Shown one piece after another: positions 1-14,083 of a stretch of 64,000 bases of DNA (within the stretch, counting starts at the first letter, position 1; every line of letters begins with the position of its first letter). Made by a program: the position numbers and the translations under genes. The stretch is from Laetmonice hystrix (Eukaryota). Location of the stretch: the NCBI GenBank assembly GCA_965235115.1, contig OZ249436.1, positions 6,202,001 through 6,266,000 of the forward strand, in the 5' to 3' direction. The notes beneath the pieces are model-generated. The model ran no database searches, was not told where the DNA came from, and saw only the letters and a program-made list of their open reading frames with translations.

Positions 1-83
1 ATAAAAACTTGAAAATGAAGGGGAACTTTTATTTTAAGACTCAAGAAGGAAAAAAATGAAGATTTAATCAATAATAGAAAGTT

Positions 84-326
84 CGAGAGGGAAAGAGAGA
101 GATTGAGTGAACGTTAGAGAGAGAAATAGAGAGATAGAGATAAAGAGAGAAATAGAGAGCGAGAAAGAGAGATTGAGTGAACGTTAGAGAGAGAAATAGA
201 GAGATAGAGATAGAGAGAGAAATAGCGAGAAAGAGAGATTGAGTGAACGTTAGAGAGAGAAATACAGAGAGACAGAGAGACAGAGACAGAGAGACTGAGG
301 CTGAGACTGAGATTGAGTGAACGTTA
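84..326. repeat. (GA)-rich compound repeat with recurring GATTGAGTGAACGTTA
   Basis: Four copies of the 16-mer at about 70-bp spacing within GA runs. Confidence 0.9.
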
Positions 327-587
327 TGAGTAGTGGGAGTGATTACTTATAATTGATGTGGTGATGAGGTACTGTCAGAAGTGTACAATTCGGAAGGCGC
401 CGGCCGCCGGCCGCCGGTCTCATCTGACGGCTGACTTACTGCAAGGGGGTTTACGGCGTGATCTATGGGCTCCGTGTGGGGGATGAGGGTGGAGGGTGGC
501 AGTGGGGGCGGGGGAAAGCTTCCATCATACGGCATATGTCGATGGAACGCCAGTCAGTTCTGTCACACATATCTCTTGTCTCCACAG

Positions 588-913
588 GGGTGCTTTCTTC
601 CACCAGGAGGCGCGGGCTTCACTTGGCAACGAGCAGCACGTCCGATTTCGCACCTTTGGCCGCGCGCAGCCAGAGCGGCAACCTGATCTGTACGGACGAT
701 ACGGCTACAAAGGCGGCGGGAGGCGTCCCGTGTATACGGGGCCCGGCGGGGTGCGCCTTCCCACGGTGCGAGAGGCCGGCGCTCGGTGTCAACTGGGCGG
801 CCGGGGGCCTGCACCCGCACCGGCCGCACCGCCCGGCTCGGCAGGGGGTCGTCTGTGAACAGCGCCCGACGATCTACCATCAAACGACAAGCCAGTTCAA
901 TATGTTTAAATAA
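588..913 (+). CDS. Candidate terminal exon of an unidentified gene that begins before the window
   Basis: Acceptor tctcttgtctccacag| at 587; GC/CpG-rich; open to TAA at 913 in one frame and to TGA at 858 in another; AATAAA at about 909. No recognisable domain. Confidence 0.3.
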
Positions 914-1307
914 ATGTACAGATTGATGTGGTCGTGTTTACGCACCGTCGCTCCTCGTGACCTCGGAGGTACGACACTGGAAATTGACATGAAACGCTAT
1001 AGGCCATGAAAGGGACGCGACAGAAGGTCGACACCGACCAAAAAACCCGCCTGTTTTCTTTACGCGTGAACCAGAGCCGAGCGCTACCGGCGAGCCGAAC
1101 AACACAACCTCGCCGCCCAACGGGTCCTCTTTCCCGACTGTTATCCAAGGGGCTGCTGCTGCTGCTGCTGCTTCCTGACCCGTCTTTTCTTTAATCCTAG
1201 CGGCCGCACACAATGGCCGCTCGCTATCATCTATACAAAAACGACCCTCTGAGCGTTATTTCACAATTCTCAGCCGCACTTTCCACTTGCTATAACAAGG
1301 TCTTTTA

Positions 1308-1347
<40 letters not shown>

Positions 1348-3950
1348 GAGAAAAAGAAGGCAATGGAGCTTCATATAGGGGCCTTCATAGATGGACGTGG
1401 ATATAATATGCACCTAAACCCCCAAAGTACATTTTTATTTCCAAAGTGTCATTCATTTCTGTCACTGCATTAACAAATTCTGGATACGCAAAAATTTCAG
1501 GATTTTAGAACCGAGGAAACATGCATGCGCCCTTCACCTAGAAATAAAAGGGATCGGAGAGACGCTTCCGTCTCGACAATACAATCATCGTAATAATTTT
1601 ACCGGTACTTTTTACTGGGGAATAGAAGTCTACATGTATCTGCATGGTTGACATTAATATATTGTTTACTACTTTAAAATTTACCGTTTAATATTCAAAA
1701 CTCTATCGTATCACGTTATACTATACGTTTGACACCATAAAATGAAAAATAAAATCAAAACGCCTCGCCCTTCCCGACTTTCTATGACTTGTAATTCACC
1801 GACGTCCATTTAGTGCTAATCCACCCAGACGTCAACCATGTACTAATCACTGCTAACCTGTGGCCTGCAGGAGGAGCGCCACCCCCGACCACTACCATCT
1901 ATAGGCGGACGTCATGACCAGAGAGTTTTCAGATGTTCCAACTGTTGTTCACGTACACGCTGTCAGTCCAGTTGACATGACAAGCATTGGATGTCGGACC
2001 GCTTACGGTGAACACCCCGAGTGGTATTAACGTAGATCATCTGATGGGGGCGCCCCGGGGTCATCAGGGGTCACGACAGGGGGCGGAACACAGCGACCAC
2101 CGGGGACGATGGCTACCAACCCCCCTCACCCCTTCACCCTCAACCCTGTACCCCCACCCCACCCACTACCCTCACCCCACCAGTGGCAGTCCGACAACAG
2201 ATACAACACCAGTGGCAGAACGTTATAAGCCTACAGGTGTTACAATCAGACCGACTTCATACAAAAGGGAGCCTAGATCTCGGCCTACATGATCATGAAG
2301 TCGGTTTCTATGACACATAACAGAGGTGCTTTTATTAGGACAGTGAAGGGCGCCAAACGAACCTTGTGACGTAAACTGAGTTCATGATGTTCTAGTGGAC
2401 AAAGGTCCTACCGTGTCATCCAATGGGGAATTGGCTGTGTACGAATGATCGGTATTTCCGGTTCCGGTCTGAAGATAACAAGATGGGGCCGAGAACCTAC
2501 GCCTTACTTCAGTGTCCAATCTAGTTGTATGAGCGTGTTTACATAACATCTTTATCTATTAGTTGGTGGATTATGGCCTTCTCGTTAACTTCGTGCGAGA
2601 GAGTTATTATATAACGGACATTCCAACAAAAGTTTAGATCTAGGTTACGATTTAATGCTCAAACTATTGCAGTTGAGTTTCGGAGATAACCTGTCGGCCG
2701 CTCTATGACGCTAAAGCTCCGTTTAAAGAGCTATAGCAGTCCAACTACTCACTTTACGAATATCAATGTGATAGATACACAAAAACAATATCCATTGTGA
2801 AGTTGAAAAAAATGTCAATATATTTATTTTTGGGTAAAAATCGGCATTTATTGCAAACTGACAGAATACACGTTCGTAATACACACGCCAGACACGGGCC
2901 CTTTGCCATTTATTCTGTTTTCGATGACCTATAGGCCTACGTCTGACGACCACAGGGAAATCTAGTCGGAGAGCACCACGCGTATTTTACGAAGTAAGCA
3001 TGCAAACAAACAAAGGAACAATCAAACAAACAAAGGAATATAACAGTGATCTTCTTCAGTTACAAAAGTCTCTATGGTCTCAGAATATACTGCTGGCGCC
3101 ACCTAGCGGGAGAGGTTCGCGTAATCTTCGCGCCACCAGGGGTCGCTACCTGATGATCACTCGCGTTGTGTGACAACGGCGCCTATTTCTCGTCCAGAGA
3201 AGGCTAGGCCAAGCTCGGACCGACTGGAATGAAGAACAAAATGTAGCCCCATAGTTTAACATTAAGGACAATACTAGTATACCCTGCCATCATACCTAGC
3301 ACCCACTGATCGCTCACCCACGGATAAATTTACGGCCCTGTGCTGGACCAACTCCCTATATCTCCGAATCGCTAAAAATCCAATATGGCGGCGTCGACCT
3401 CGTGCCACGAGGAAGCAAGAAGGCCGATAGGGGGCGCAACCTGCTGGTCTGATCAAATTTATGTTTGATTTCACGCAGCAATGATGACGTATGCTTCCCA
3501 AACGGTCGTCGTATTAAATATTCATGAGGTAGGGACTATTTGAAAGCAGTTGACCTATTTCGTTTCGTCTATCGGCCCAAACTGTTCAAAGATATTCAGT
3601 TTACATTTTGTGGTGGTAATCTTGGGTATAGACTTCTCTTTGAGCATTTAAACCCCTACTGGGTCTGTCGGAACAAAGAGAATACAATAATAGAAGTGGT
3701 GAGTCGTCGAACAAAGACCACGCGGTTTACGTGCGGCAGATATCGATACAATAGAGACACCTAGTGTTAGAGATAGGAACTAATAACATTAACAATAGCC
3801 GCCAGAGGGGGTATGTGTACGGAGGAGCCTGGACAGCGGGGCGAGGCTTCACTTCGTGCGGGTTTACGCCAACCCCCCAACCCCCCCCCCCCCCTTTGTG
3901 GGGCACGGGGCACTATAAAATTATCCCACGCCCAATCGAGCTGCTCTTAA

Positions 3951-4285
3951 AGGTGCTATTCGTGAACAAAAATTCTTTTATTTTTAATTTTGTTGACGTT
4001 TATGTGATCCCACCTATCATGGAAATAGATTCACAACAAGGGAAATCAAAATTTTTCATGGATAACGGCACAAATGGGGCTCTCTCAGAAGGCCTGTGGA
4101 GACCCTGACACGCCCCACCATAGGAACTGGCTCTATCTCGGTGCGCACCGAGATAGGTTTCAAATGCTGCACACAAACTAATAGAAGGTTTATCAGGCCA
4201 ATGGTATCGGTAGGAATTTTTTCTAGTACTATGTGCACAATGTATGATAGGAGAAATGCCATTCTGTGCGAGACGAATAGCACCT
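3951..4285. mobile_element. Kolobok-type MITE
   Basis: TIRs AGGTGCTATTCGT / ACGAATAGCACCT, flanked on both sides by TTAA (3947-3950 and 4286-4289). Confidence 0.85.
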
Positions 4286-6413
4286 TTAAGCAGACAGTTC
4301 AAGGTGTAGGCCTATAGTCGTCTCGGGACTTCACATGTAGCTAGCAATAAATGCGAGATGGAGATGCTGATTTAAAGGCGCGCGCTCCCTACAATAAAAC
4401 TTTCCTATTTAGGGTCTACAGACCAATTTTGACGAGAAGAAGAAGAAGATTGTAAAGAAGAAAGAAAAGAAAAGAAGAAAAGCGTTGAAACAAGCTGAAT
4501 ACTTCTAGCCTGTAGGCCTACAGACTTTGCCAATCCATCCTGATTTTTGCCACTGCCTCCCTATGAAAACTACGCCTAGACTCTACTTTCTACCCTTCCC
4601 CCCGACACACACACACCGTAAAATGTGTGTAAACATAAATTCAATGAAAATGTACACCCCAACTGTATTATAATGCATGGCTAGGCTTTGAGGGCCCGGA
4701 AAGGGGTTAGAGAAAGTCAGGGGAGTCGGAAAGCCGTTATGAAAACATGGTGTATTAAGTAACCGCTAGGTGTCGTCTAGTTAGTGAACTGTTATAACTG
4801 TATCCCGTCAGATGGCGGGGCAGTCGCCCAACTATCGTGGCCAGACTCCTTGTCACCTGAAATATTGGGTTTTCGTGGAGACCAAATGTACAAAGACGAT
4901 TATATGGGATGATGGCGATGATGATGTGGGATGATGGCGATGATGTGGGCAATGTCAGCTGTACTCGCACAGTGTCCTTACTTTCCGGTAGATGGCGCCC
5001 TAGTTAAACTAACCCGATGACAAGTTGGTAATTTACGTTACAGAGATTCCTTCTCTGCTATAACCTGGGTTTTGTAATCGGCCTTTTGCGTAAACGTTGT
5101 AGATAAATTTGAACAATGACAACAGATTGCCGCCATTAATAATTAACCCATTGCGATATTTAAAATCCTCGTCTGTAGATACGTCATCACCACAGTTACA
5201 GCACACACCAGTTTATATGTACGGGGACAATGATAAACCTCAGATGGTCACTGAGAACAAGCATACTTACCTGGCACAGAACGAACCGTGATCGTCCAGG
5301 CGGTTGTTCCATGTTGAGGCCCTTCCATTGCACATTAAGGTTGGGTTGACGCGTGCGATCATCCCAAATGTGGATGACTCGGGTGCGCAATTTTTGTTAG
5401 TAGGGGACTGCGTTCGCGCTATCCCCTGACTTAAAATAATAATAATAGATTCCATTAAAATAAAAGTCCACCGCCAGTGTGTACAGGCCAGGCACACAGG
5501 CCGTGATATTCTAAGCAATTTAAAAAAGATTTGCTCAAATAGTTAAGATATAAGCACTTTAGTGCCGAAGCCTGCTTAGCGCCTGCTCCGCTGGTGTTGG
5601 CCGCCATAGCGTCTGCTCCTTGGGCTAATCTCAAACTGCGCATGCTCGACCACTGCTCTCCAGTTCGGGAGGAACGAAAAACTGACGCACCTGTTGCGTT
5701 GAGCTATTCGAAAGGTAGCGAACGTTGACAGGTTATAAGCAAAATTTGTTAGAACATGGCTAGAAATGGCTAGGAATTAAGCCTGCCGATGTCAGGGGAT
5801 ATATCAGGGTGGACACGGATCTGGGCAGCCGTGGGTTTCGGCCGCCTGCATTCAATTCGTCTCGCTCGGAGGTGTGATGTTGACGGAGCCCAGGGCCACT
5901 GGGCCCGGGGCCGGGCCCCACTCTGACTCCGACCGCGGGCACTGGCAGTGTCAGACTCCTGTGGTCAGCACAGACCTTTTGCGTTTAGTTGAGAGTGTGA
6001 CCGCCGTCGATTTGCCCACCCGCCTCGGCTGCCTTCACTTTCGTCTAGTCTAGCCTAGCCCCGGCATGCAATAGATGGGCACAAGGACGTCACTTACTTC
6101 CGGCCAAATGGCTGCGCCGCTGAAGCCAGTGATTTTGACACGGTTGTCATGTTCAACATAATATTATGACCTCTTGGAATGGGGGGACATTTATTTCCAA
6201 CCACTACTCTGAAAGGTGAGTATAGATCTATATAGAGGCCTTGCAGCTGTCCAAATGTGATTTTTGACTGGACTTCTCCTTTAAGTTTAAACTTGAGCCC
6301 CGATTTCCCCTCATGATCAGTCATACTCCTTGGTCCCTTGATTGCTCATGCGGGAGACATCTGTCCGTTCGCTATAGCTTCAACTCCTTCCTAATTGGGC
6401 GCGGCCAGGGCTC

Positions 6414-6726
6414 GGCCCTGAACATGGATAGTAATTTTGTCGTTTCGGGTTTGCGTTCGTCGGTTCCTACTTGTATTCATCGTTTTTGATTTGTAAATGC
6501 CGTTTTAAATTTGTAATCATCGTTTCGTATTTGTGCTCATCGTTTTGCTTTTTTATTCGTCGTTTTGCGTTTGTATTCGTTGTTTTGCTTTTGTGAACGC
6601 CGTTTCTGTATTTGTATTCGTCGTTTTGCTTTTGTATTCGTCGTTTTGCTTTTGTGAACGCCGTTTCTGTATTTGTATTCGTCGTTTCCGACTTGCTTTC
6701 GTGCTTAGCTCTCACCGGCCACCGTA
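6414..6726. mobile_element. Degenerate MITE of the CGGTGGCC-terminus type with internal short tandem repeats
   Basis: Ends in GGCCACCGTA like the element at 49713; the interior consists of degenerate cgttttgcttttgtattcgt repeats; the left end is eroded. Confidence 0.45.
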
Positions 6727-6756
6727 GTACGGTTTTGAATGCCGGCTACCATTGGG

Positions 6757-7752
6757 TTATCACGTGTTTACGTGGTAATCCCGGACCCCCTGGTTCCCAC
6801 CTCGCCGTACTCTCTCAGTTATCACGTGTTTACGCGGTAATCCCGGACCCCCTGGTTCCCACCTCGCCGTACTCTCTCAGTTTTCACGTGTTTACGTGGT
6901 AATCCCGGACCCCCTGGTTCCCACCTCGCCGTACTCTCTCAGTTTTCACGTGTTTACGTGGTAATCCCGGACCCCCTGGTTCCCACCTCGCCGTACTCTC
7001 TCAGTTTTCACGTGTTTACGTGGTAATCCCGGACCCCCTGGTTCCCACCTCGCCGTACTCTCTCAGTTTTCACGTGTTTACGTGGTAATCCCGGACCCCC
7101 TGGTTCCCACCTCGCCGTACTCTCTCAGTTATCACGTGTTTACGTGGTAATCCCGGACCCCCTGGTTCCCACCTCGCCGTACTCTCTAGTTTTCACGTGT
7201 TTACGTGGTAATCCCGGACCCCCTGGTTCCCACCTCGCCGTACTCTCTCAGTTTTCACGTGTTTACGTGGTAATCCCGGACCCCCTGGTTCCCACCTCGC
7301 CGTACTCTCTCAGTTTTCACGTGTTTACGTGGTAATCCCGGACCCCCTGGTTCCCACCTCGCCGTACTCTCTCAGTTTTCACGTGTTTACGTGGTAATCC
7401 CGGACCCCCTGGTTCCCACCTCGCCGTACTCTCTCAGTTTTCACGTGTTTACGTGGTAATCCCGGACCCCCTGGTTCCCACCTCGCCGTACTCTCTCAGT
7501 TTTCACGTGTTTACGTGGTAATCCCGGACCCCCTGGTTCCCATCTCGCCATGGTCTCTCGGTTATCACGTGTTTACGTTGTAATCCCGGACCCCCTGGTT
7601 CCCACCTCGCCGTGCTCTCTCAGTGATCACGTGTTTACGTTGTAATCCCGGACCCCCTGGTTCCCACCTCGCCGTGCTCTCTCAGTCATCACGTGTTTAC
7701 GTGGTAATCCCGGACCCCCTGGTTCCCACCTCGCGTGCTCTCTCAGTTATCG
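6757..7752. repeat. Minisatellite, 62-bp unit, about 16 copies
   Basis: Unit gttttcacgtgtttacgtggtaatcccggaccccctggttcccacctcgccgtactctctca; an orphan partial copy lies at about 8090-8114. Confidence 0.97.
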
Positions 7753-9259
7753 TGTAGATTTGTGTTATACAGAGAGGCGGTAGAGTGTACAGAGAGGTGT
7801 CAATGTGTTTGAAGGGATTTGTGTAAATCTGTGTTATATAGAGGCGGTAGAGTGCACAGAAAGAGAATTGTGTAAGTTTGTGTAAGGTAGAGAGGCGATA
7901 GAGTGCGCAGAGAGAGAAAGAGAGAGGTATCAGTGCGTTGGAAGAGATTGGTGTAATGTAAATAAGCCGAATAATAAAGGTTCATTTTATCCAAATGGTG
8001 ATCTGAGTATTCGTGATTGGTGGTCATTGAGGGAACTCACGGTTAGCTGCCCACCTTTTAAACGAACATCCCACACCCACGTGTGACAGTGTTTACGTGG
8101 TAATCCCGAACCCCGTAAGGTATCACCAATATGAGCACAGCTGTCGTTGCTATGCACCAGTACGCCGTCACGTCATTAGAACGTTGGGATCTCGGTAGTT
8201 ACGGCGAGTATCCGGTCGTAGTGCAGACAATAACAGTGACTGCTGAAGTCGGCCTTCAGCACTGTCGATCGACATAATTGGGATGACCTTTTCGTGGAGA
8301 AGGGACGTTTTTTTTTACGAGTAATGGCAGCGCGGGTTTGGTTTGTGCTGACACGACATTGTCCTATCCAGACGTGCATCGAGTCGTGGAGAGGTAGACA
8401 GGTCTCACAGGATTAGATGTGCTGTCTGTATGAGACAAAAAAATCGCGAAGACCTTTTCAGAGAGAAAGATAAAACAACAGACAAAATATTTATGTACAT
8501 GATCGAAGCAAGTACACAAACTTGTGTTTCGTGTATCGTTTCTGCAGGTTTTATGATCTCGTATCAGTTCCATTGTCAGTTGATACCAGTCTTAAGTCAA
8601 ATCTGCACGCATAATCAACATGTTGGGATTTAGCAAATCATTGCCTTTGCACTTTGCCAGTTGCATGACGTTCCGTTTGGGAAGTCCTCATGTATTTTTG
8701 ACGAGGATTTAAACGAACAATGGATTACGTATCTGACGAAGGTTCTGTAAGATGAAGAGTCAGAATCAGCAGAGGCTGTTGGAGTTTTTCTTGGATCGAT
8801 TTGAAATGCTTGGAGTTCTGACTGAGTTCTTACTGGGAAGGCCAATGTTTAAACTCTGTAGGAAGTCCGGCATTGGAAGTCCTCATAATATTACTATCGT
8901 GTTTGTATTTTTTCAACTAAATGCTCAATTATACTGGATATTCACTGATCATTATACAGAAAGACAACGGTGAAATCATAGTTATTATACTGTCGTGGAT
9001 GTAATTCATCGCAGTCTTTCTCTCAATCAGAGATAAGTTTAGAAAATATTACAGTCGATATGCTGTCACTATTAGGACAGGGAATTAGATATTTCTCAGA
9101 CCAGAGTACAGGTGGTGGTAGCATGCACGGTGGTGTCGGATGGACCTGTAATACCGGAGATATAGGTCCGACCGACCTGCATTCCTCGGGGTTGAAGTCT
9201 GTGATGTTATAATTAATATCTCTTCATAATCCTGACACAATCCTTGATTCTATTGTCTT

Positions 9260-9816
9260 GGATTGAAAGGCTATGGACTAATGGATTAGAAGGCCGTGGA
9301 CCAATGGATTGTAAGGTCGTGGACCAATGGATTGAAAGGCCGTGGACCAATGGATTGAAAGACCGTGGGCCAATGGATTGAAAGACCGTGGACCAATGGA
9401 TTGAAAGACCGTGGACCAATGGATTGAAAGGCCGTGGACCAATGGATTGAAAGGCCGTGGACCAATGGATTGAAAGGCCGTGGACCAATGGATTGTAAGG
9501 CCGTGGGCCAATGGATTGAAAGACCGTGGGCCAATGGATTGAAAGACCGTGGGCCAATGGATTGAAAGACCGTGGGCCAATGGATTGAAAGGCCGTGGAC
9601 CAATGGATTGAAAGGCCGTGGACCAATGGATTGAAAGGCCGTGGACCAATGGATTGTAAGGCCGTGGGCCAATGGATTGAAAGACCGTGGGCCAATGGAT
9701 TGAAAGACCGTGGGCCAATGGATTGAAAGACCGTGGACCAATGGATTGAAAGGCCGTGGACCAATGGATTGAAAGGCCGTGGACCAATGGATTGAAAGGC
9801 CGTGGACCAATGGATT
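9260..9816. repeat. Minisatellite, 23-bp unit, about 24 copies
   Basis: Unit ccaatggattgaaaggccgtgga. Confidence 0.97.
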
Positions 9817-11683
9817 GTGTGATAAGGTGAAGAAACCTGCAGTGAGTGCATTGTGTCCCGGCACGAGGAGGGAGGGTCGAGACGTAACCCACGAGTTGTA
9901 CAATGAGCGAAGAACGTGTTTTTTGAATGCCATTACAAAGACCGTCACTCACAGCTGTTGTGCAGCCGTTAAAGAAATCATGTCGACAATTGACAAATTG
10001 GCCGAAACATTACTTCAATAGTGTATGATAATTAGGTTCCATAGCTCTGTCCACTTGCCTGATTGGGTTTCCTAAGTATTATTTAAAAAATGTGAAAACC
10101 ACAAGATCTGGAAAGACACCCGTCTTTTCCTGGACCTGCCCGCCCCTCCACCTTCGAGATTTTTTTTTGCCGGAGTAAAGAAAACACTCGTTATTTTCCC
10201 GACAGGAAGATCGTCAAAAATTTTGATTGTCCATGTTTCACCGAGTCTCCCAAAAATGGAGGGGGGATAATAATGATGGGTTTGGTAAGGGGATGGCCCT
10301 TACAAAGGCATACAACAAGTGAGCTGAATGCAATATAAGAATGTAACCACTGTCTACAATGTGTTTGATTATTAAAGACAAGTAGGCCCAGCAACACGCA
10401 CATCAGTGGCTCGTTCGTTTTTATGGAAAGGCTGGTTCCTCGACTGACTGACAAGAAAGTCGATTTTAATGAGCGAATATGCAGGTCAATTTACATTTTA
10501 TTAAGTATTTATGGAGAGTTCCACGCATGAAACCGAGAGTGAGAGCCCAGATATTCATTTCTCACTTGAGTGTCAATTTCAATTGAATAACCAATGAAAG
10601 AAGGAATTTTTACGAGATGTTCCTGGAACTCTGATGTGAATAATGAACACGATAGTAACCACGTTACATAACTCAAGTGGCTTGTTGTATTTAACACTAT
10701 TAAACGGTAGGGTTAGGGTTATGGGACAAAATTACTTGGAGAGGAAAGCGGATTGCCAGGGTCAACTAAGTTCCTCGCGGGAAAGTCCAAGATTTTGAGA
10801 GGTATTATGCCTATCGAAATAGGAAATTGAAAAAGATCTGCATTTCCGTTCAGGAGAACCAAGGAGAGAGGAAAGGCCAGCGACCCACCCCCCTCGTGTA
10901 TTATTGTATTGCTCCGGGTCGCAGTGTTCTCACCTGGGAGCCGACCGGGAGGGAGAATTTGGCGGGTATTATTCTGGTCAGGTGTGGGGCGGACGGTGTC
11001 GTCTGCCCACAATCATTCGTCCTGACCCGAACCTTTCAACGCTGGCTCGTGCAAGGCGATCACGGAATTAGAATACGTGTATGGAGCCGAGAACAAGAAC
11101 TGACTGAGTGCACTGAGAAGTTGAAATTGGATCCCTTTATACGGAATTAGAATCAACCCGTAAAATTGAGATAGAGACCTCATGAATGTATTTGATAACA
11201 TGTTCTGAATGCGGTAGATCTGTCCTTGTTTTTGAAGCCCTGGCTTGGACGCGAATTGTTTCGCCTGAACCTTTCCGAGGACAGTGCCACTGGCTCCACC
11301 TGCACGACGCTGCCCCTGTTTACATATTTTCGAATGAATACAAATATCTAGGTTTATATAGTTGATTTAGACATATGTTTGAACAAATACAAAGGGTTAG
11401 GGTTAACGTTAGGGTTAAGGTTAGCGTCAGGTGTGGTGTGACGTCGCAACTGTGTTCTGATTGGCTAATGGTTCCATGATTTGCCCGAAAGGTTTACGAA
11501 AAATAAATTCGCTCCTTGGACAGCCTTAGGGACATATATACACATAGATATATGGATGATGAAAGGATAGTGACGTCACCGCGAGATCTTATTTACGTCA
11601 TGAATTTGAATAATTGAATGACATTAACTGATATCTCAGCAGCCACCAACCAAACCAACCCACCCACACATCTACGCCTACGC

Positions 11684-11692
11684 CTCTCTCTG

Positions 11693-11732
<40 letters not shown>

Positions 11733-11758
11733 TCTGTCTGTCTGTCTCTGTCTCTCTG

Positions 11759-11791
<33 letters not shown>

Positions 11792-11832
11792 GTCCACCTG
11801 TCTCTCTGTCTCTCTCTCTGTCTCTCTCTCTC
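11684..11832. repeat. (TC)/(TCTG) microsatellite
   Basis: Read directly from the sequence. Confidence 0.95.
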
Positions 11833-12586
11833 ATGTAAACAACCTCTGCTATAGTAATTTCCTTGTTAAGAACGAGACCTGTTCACTCGTCCGCATTATT
11901 TTGTAAATCTCATACAAACTAAATCCTGATTTACCCCATCGCATTGTTAGCCCCTGGGTCAGCACTAACGAACTCGGCGAGAAACAAATTGGAACTGAGC
12001 CGTGGCAGTATCCTGGACCAGCAGCGAGATTAGGAGGTCACAAAGGCTATGGTACTATTGACTCGGCATGCTGGAAGCTTTACCTCCAGCTTGGCTCCGT
12101 AATTGAATGCTATCGCGAGTAACTCCCTGAAGGCTAAAATAAGGCGATCGATCGGCATTAACGGCGACTAGTCGCCAAGTCTTCTTACTCCATCTGATTC
12201 ATTACGGAAACATAGAATCTGTGCAAAAATTAATAATTCTTTACAATGTAATCTATGAAAACGGCCAATGGAAACAGCTCGAATCGTCTCGAGCCTCTTT
12301 GGTTTGCGGGAATGTCTACAATTTACAATGCAAACAGTGATATTTTGATTTATAACCAAGCTATGACACCATACCTCACAATTGGAAATGAAATCAGGGA
12401 CTGATTTGGATTACATGGTGTTGAAAGTGATTTGAAATAGAGGTCTTTTCTGAGTAAAAGGTTTCGACATTTGTAGCATTTTCTTCTTATTTACCCTGGC
12501 GCTCATTTTGTTCCCACCTTTCTTCCTCGGTGACTTTAAGAAAAAATAAGAACAGAAAGAGTGGAAAAGGTCGAGATGCCTTTATT

Positions 12587-13270
12587 ATACTGACAAGCAC
12601 AATGTACACGGTAGACATCTCCGTATACTGACAAGTACAATGTACACGGTCTACATCTCTGTATACTGACAAGTACAATGTACACGGTAGACATCTCTGT
12701 ATACTGACAAGTACAATGTACACGGTATACATCTCTGTATACTGACAAGTACAATGTACACGGTATACATCTCTGTATCCTGACAAGTACAATGTACACG
12801 GTAGACATCTCTGTATACTGACAAGTACAATGTACACGGTATACATCTCTGTATACTGACAAGTACAATGTACACGGTATACATCTCTGTATCCTGACAA
12901 GTACAATGTACACGGTAGACATCTCTGTATACTGACAAGTACAATGTACACGGTATACATCTCTGTATCCTGACAAGTACAATGTACACGGTATACATCT
13001 CTGTATACTGACAAGTACAATGTACACGGTATACATCTCTGTATACTGACAAGTACAATGTACACGGTATACATCTCTGTATCCTGACAAGTACAATGTA
13101 CACGGTAGACATCTCTGTATACTGACAAGTACAATGTACACGGTAGACATCTCTGTATACTGACAAGTACAGTGTACACGGTAGACATCTCTGTATACTG
13201 ACAAGTACAATGTACACGGTATACATCTCTGTATACTGACAAGTACAATGTACACGGTATACATCTCTGT
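12587..13270. repeat. Minisatellite, 38-bp unit, about 18 copies
   Basis: Unit atactgacaagtacaatgtacacggta(t/g)acatctctgt. Confidence 0.97.
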
Positions 13271-14016
13271 GCAGACGCTGAAAACTTTGTAAGGTCTTGA
13301 CACTTACATATAACAAACTTACCTTCTTCCTGCAGTTATCATGGGAAGCTGGTTGGACTGAGAACACGAGGCAAAGTGGACATCGGTCTCACCTCAAACA
13401 CCTTGAACCTATTGACGTGGAAACGTTTCCACTACGCAGGAACGTTTCCACTCGTAATGGTGGCAGGTACAGCCGGTATAGAATGATACTTTAAACCACA
13501 CTCGGAACGACCGACGCTGCTTCTGATTGGCTGTTTCTAGGTCATATCCGGGGCGAAGCAGGCCTCGCACAGTGAAAGTGTACGGATTTTACGGCGATTT
13601 AACGGGAATCCGCCGGATAGGCCATGTGCTCTCTGATTCGGCCGATTGAAAAAGTAGTACAGTCGATAGATGTACTGTTTTAGGTGTTGTGTGGATTGTA
13701 AACAAGATTTCACCGACTGTACGTGTTGATAATGATCAAGCAAGTGACATGTTCACATAATTTTTGATGTCACAATACGATTTTTGTAGTCCGACTTTTA
13801 CCCTAATGGCGGCTTTGACAGGCTCACATCGCGTCGGCCGGGGCTTATATACGCGGTGTAGGCCCCCTATTCCCCCGAACACATGTCTGTGTTTACATTT
13901 TGAAAATAGTTTGGTGACGTCAGCAAAGCAAGATGGCGCTACCGTCCGAGTCCAGTTCCCGAAAGGAAAGTAAACCGGAAATGGCTCGGTCGTTTCGATT
14001 GTTTAAACCACTGGCG

Positions 14017-14083
14017 GATTAAGAAAATTGGCGCCAAGGTGGGGCAGGACCCCCCCCCCCCCTTGGCGCCAATTTCCTTAATC
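14017..14083. repeat. Hairpin (23-bp arms around a G/C-rich spacer), probably a MITE remnant
   Basis: GATTAAGAAAATTGGCGCCAAGG ... CCTTGGCGCCAATTTCCTTAATC. Confidence 0.7.

Noticed and set aside
5402..5428. GC hairpin with a TTCG loop
   Set aside because: Not a bacterial terminator in this context. It could be a Helitron-type end, but no element boundaries could be defined.
10706..11425. TTAGGG-like runs at about 10710 and 11395
   Set aside because: Only 2-4 imperfect units each, which is not enough for an interstitial telomere.
9213..13367. 200-255-aa ORFs in all three minus frames at 9.2-9.9 kb and 12.5-13.4 kb
   Set aside because: They are translations of the 23-bp and 38-bp arrays, with the same peptides cycling through the frames.
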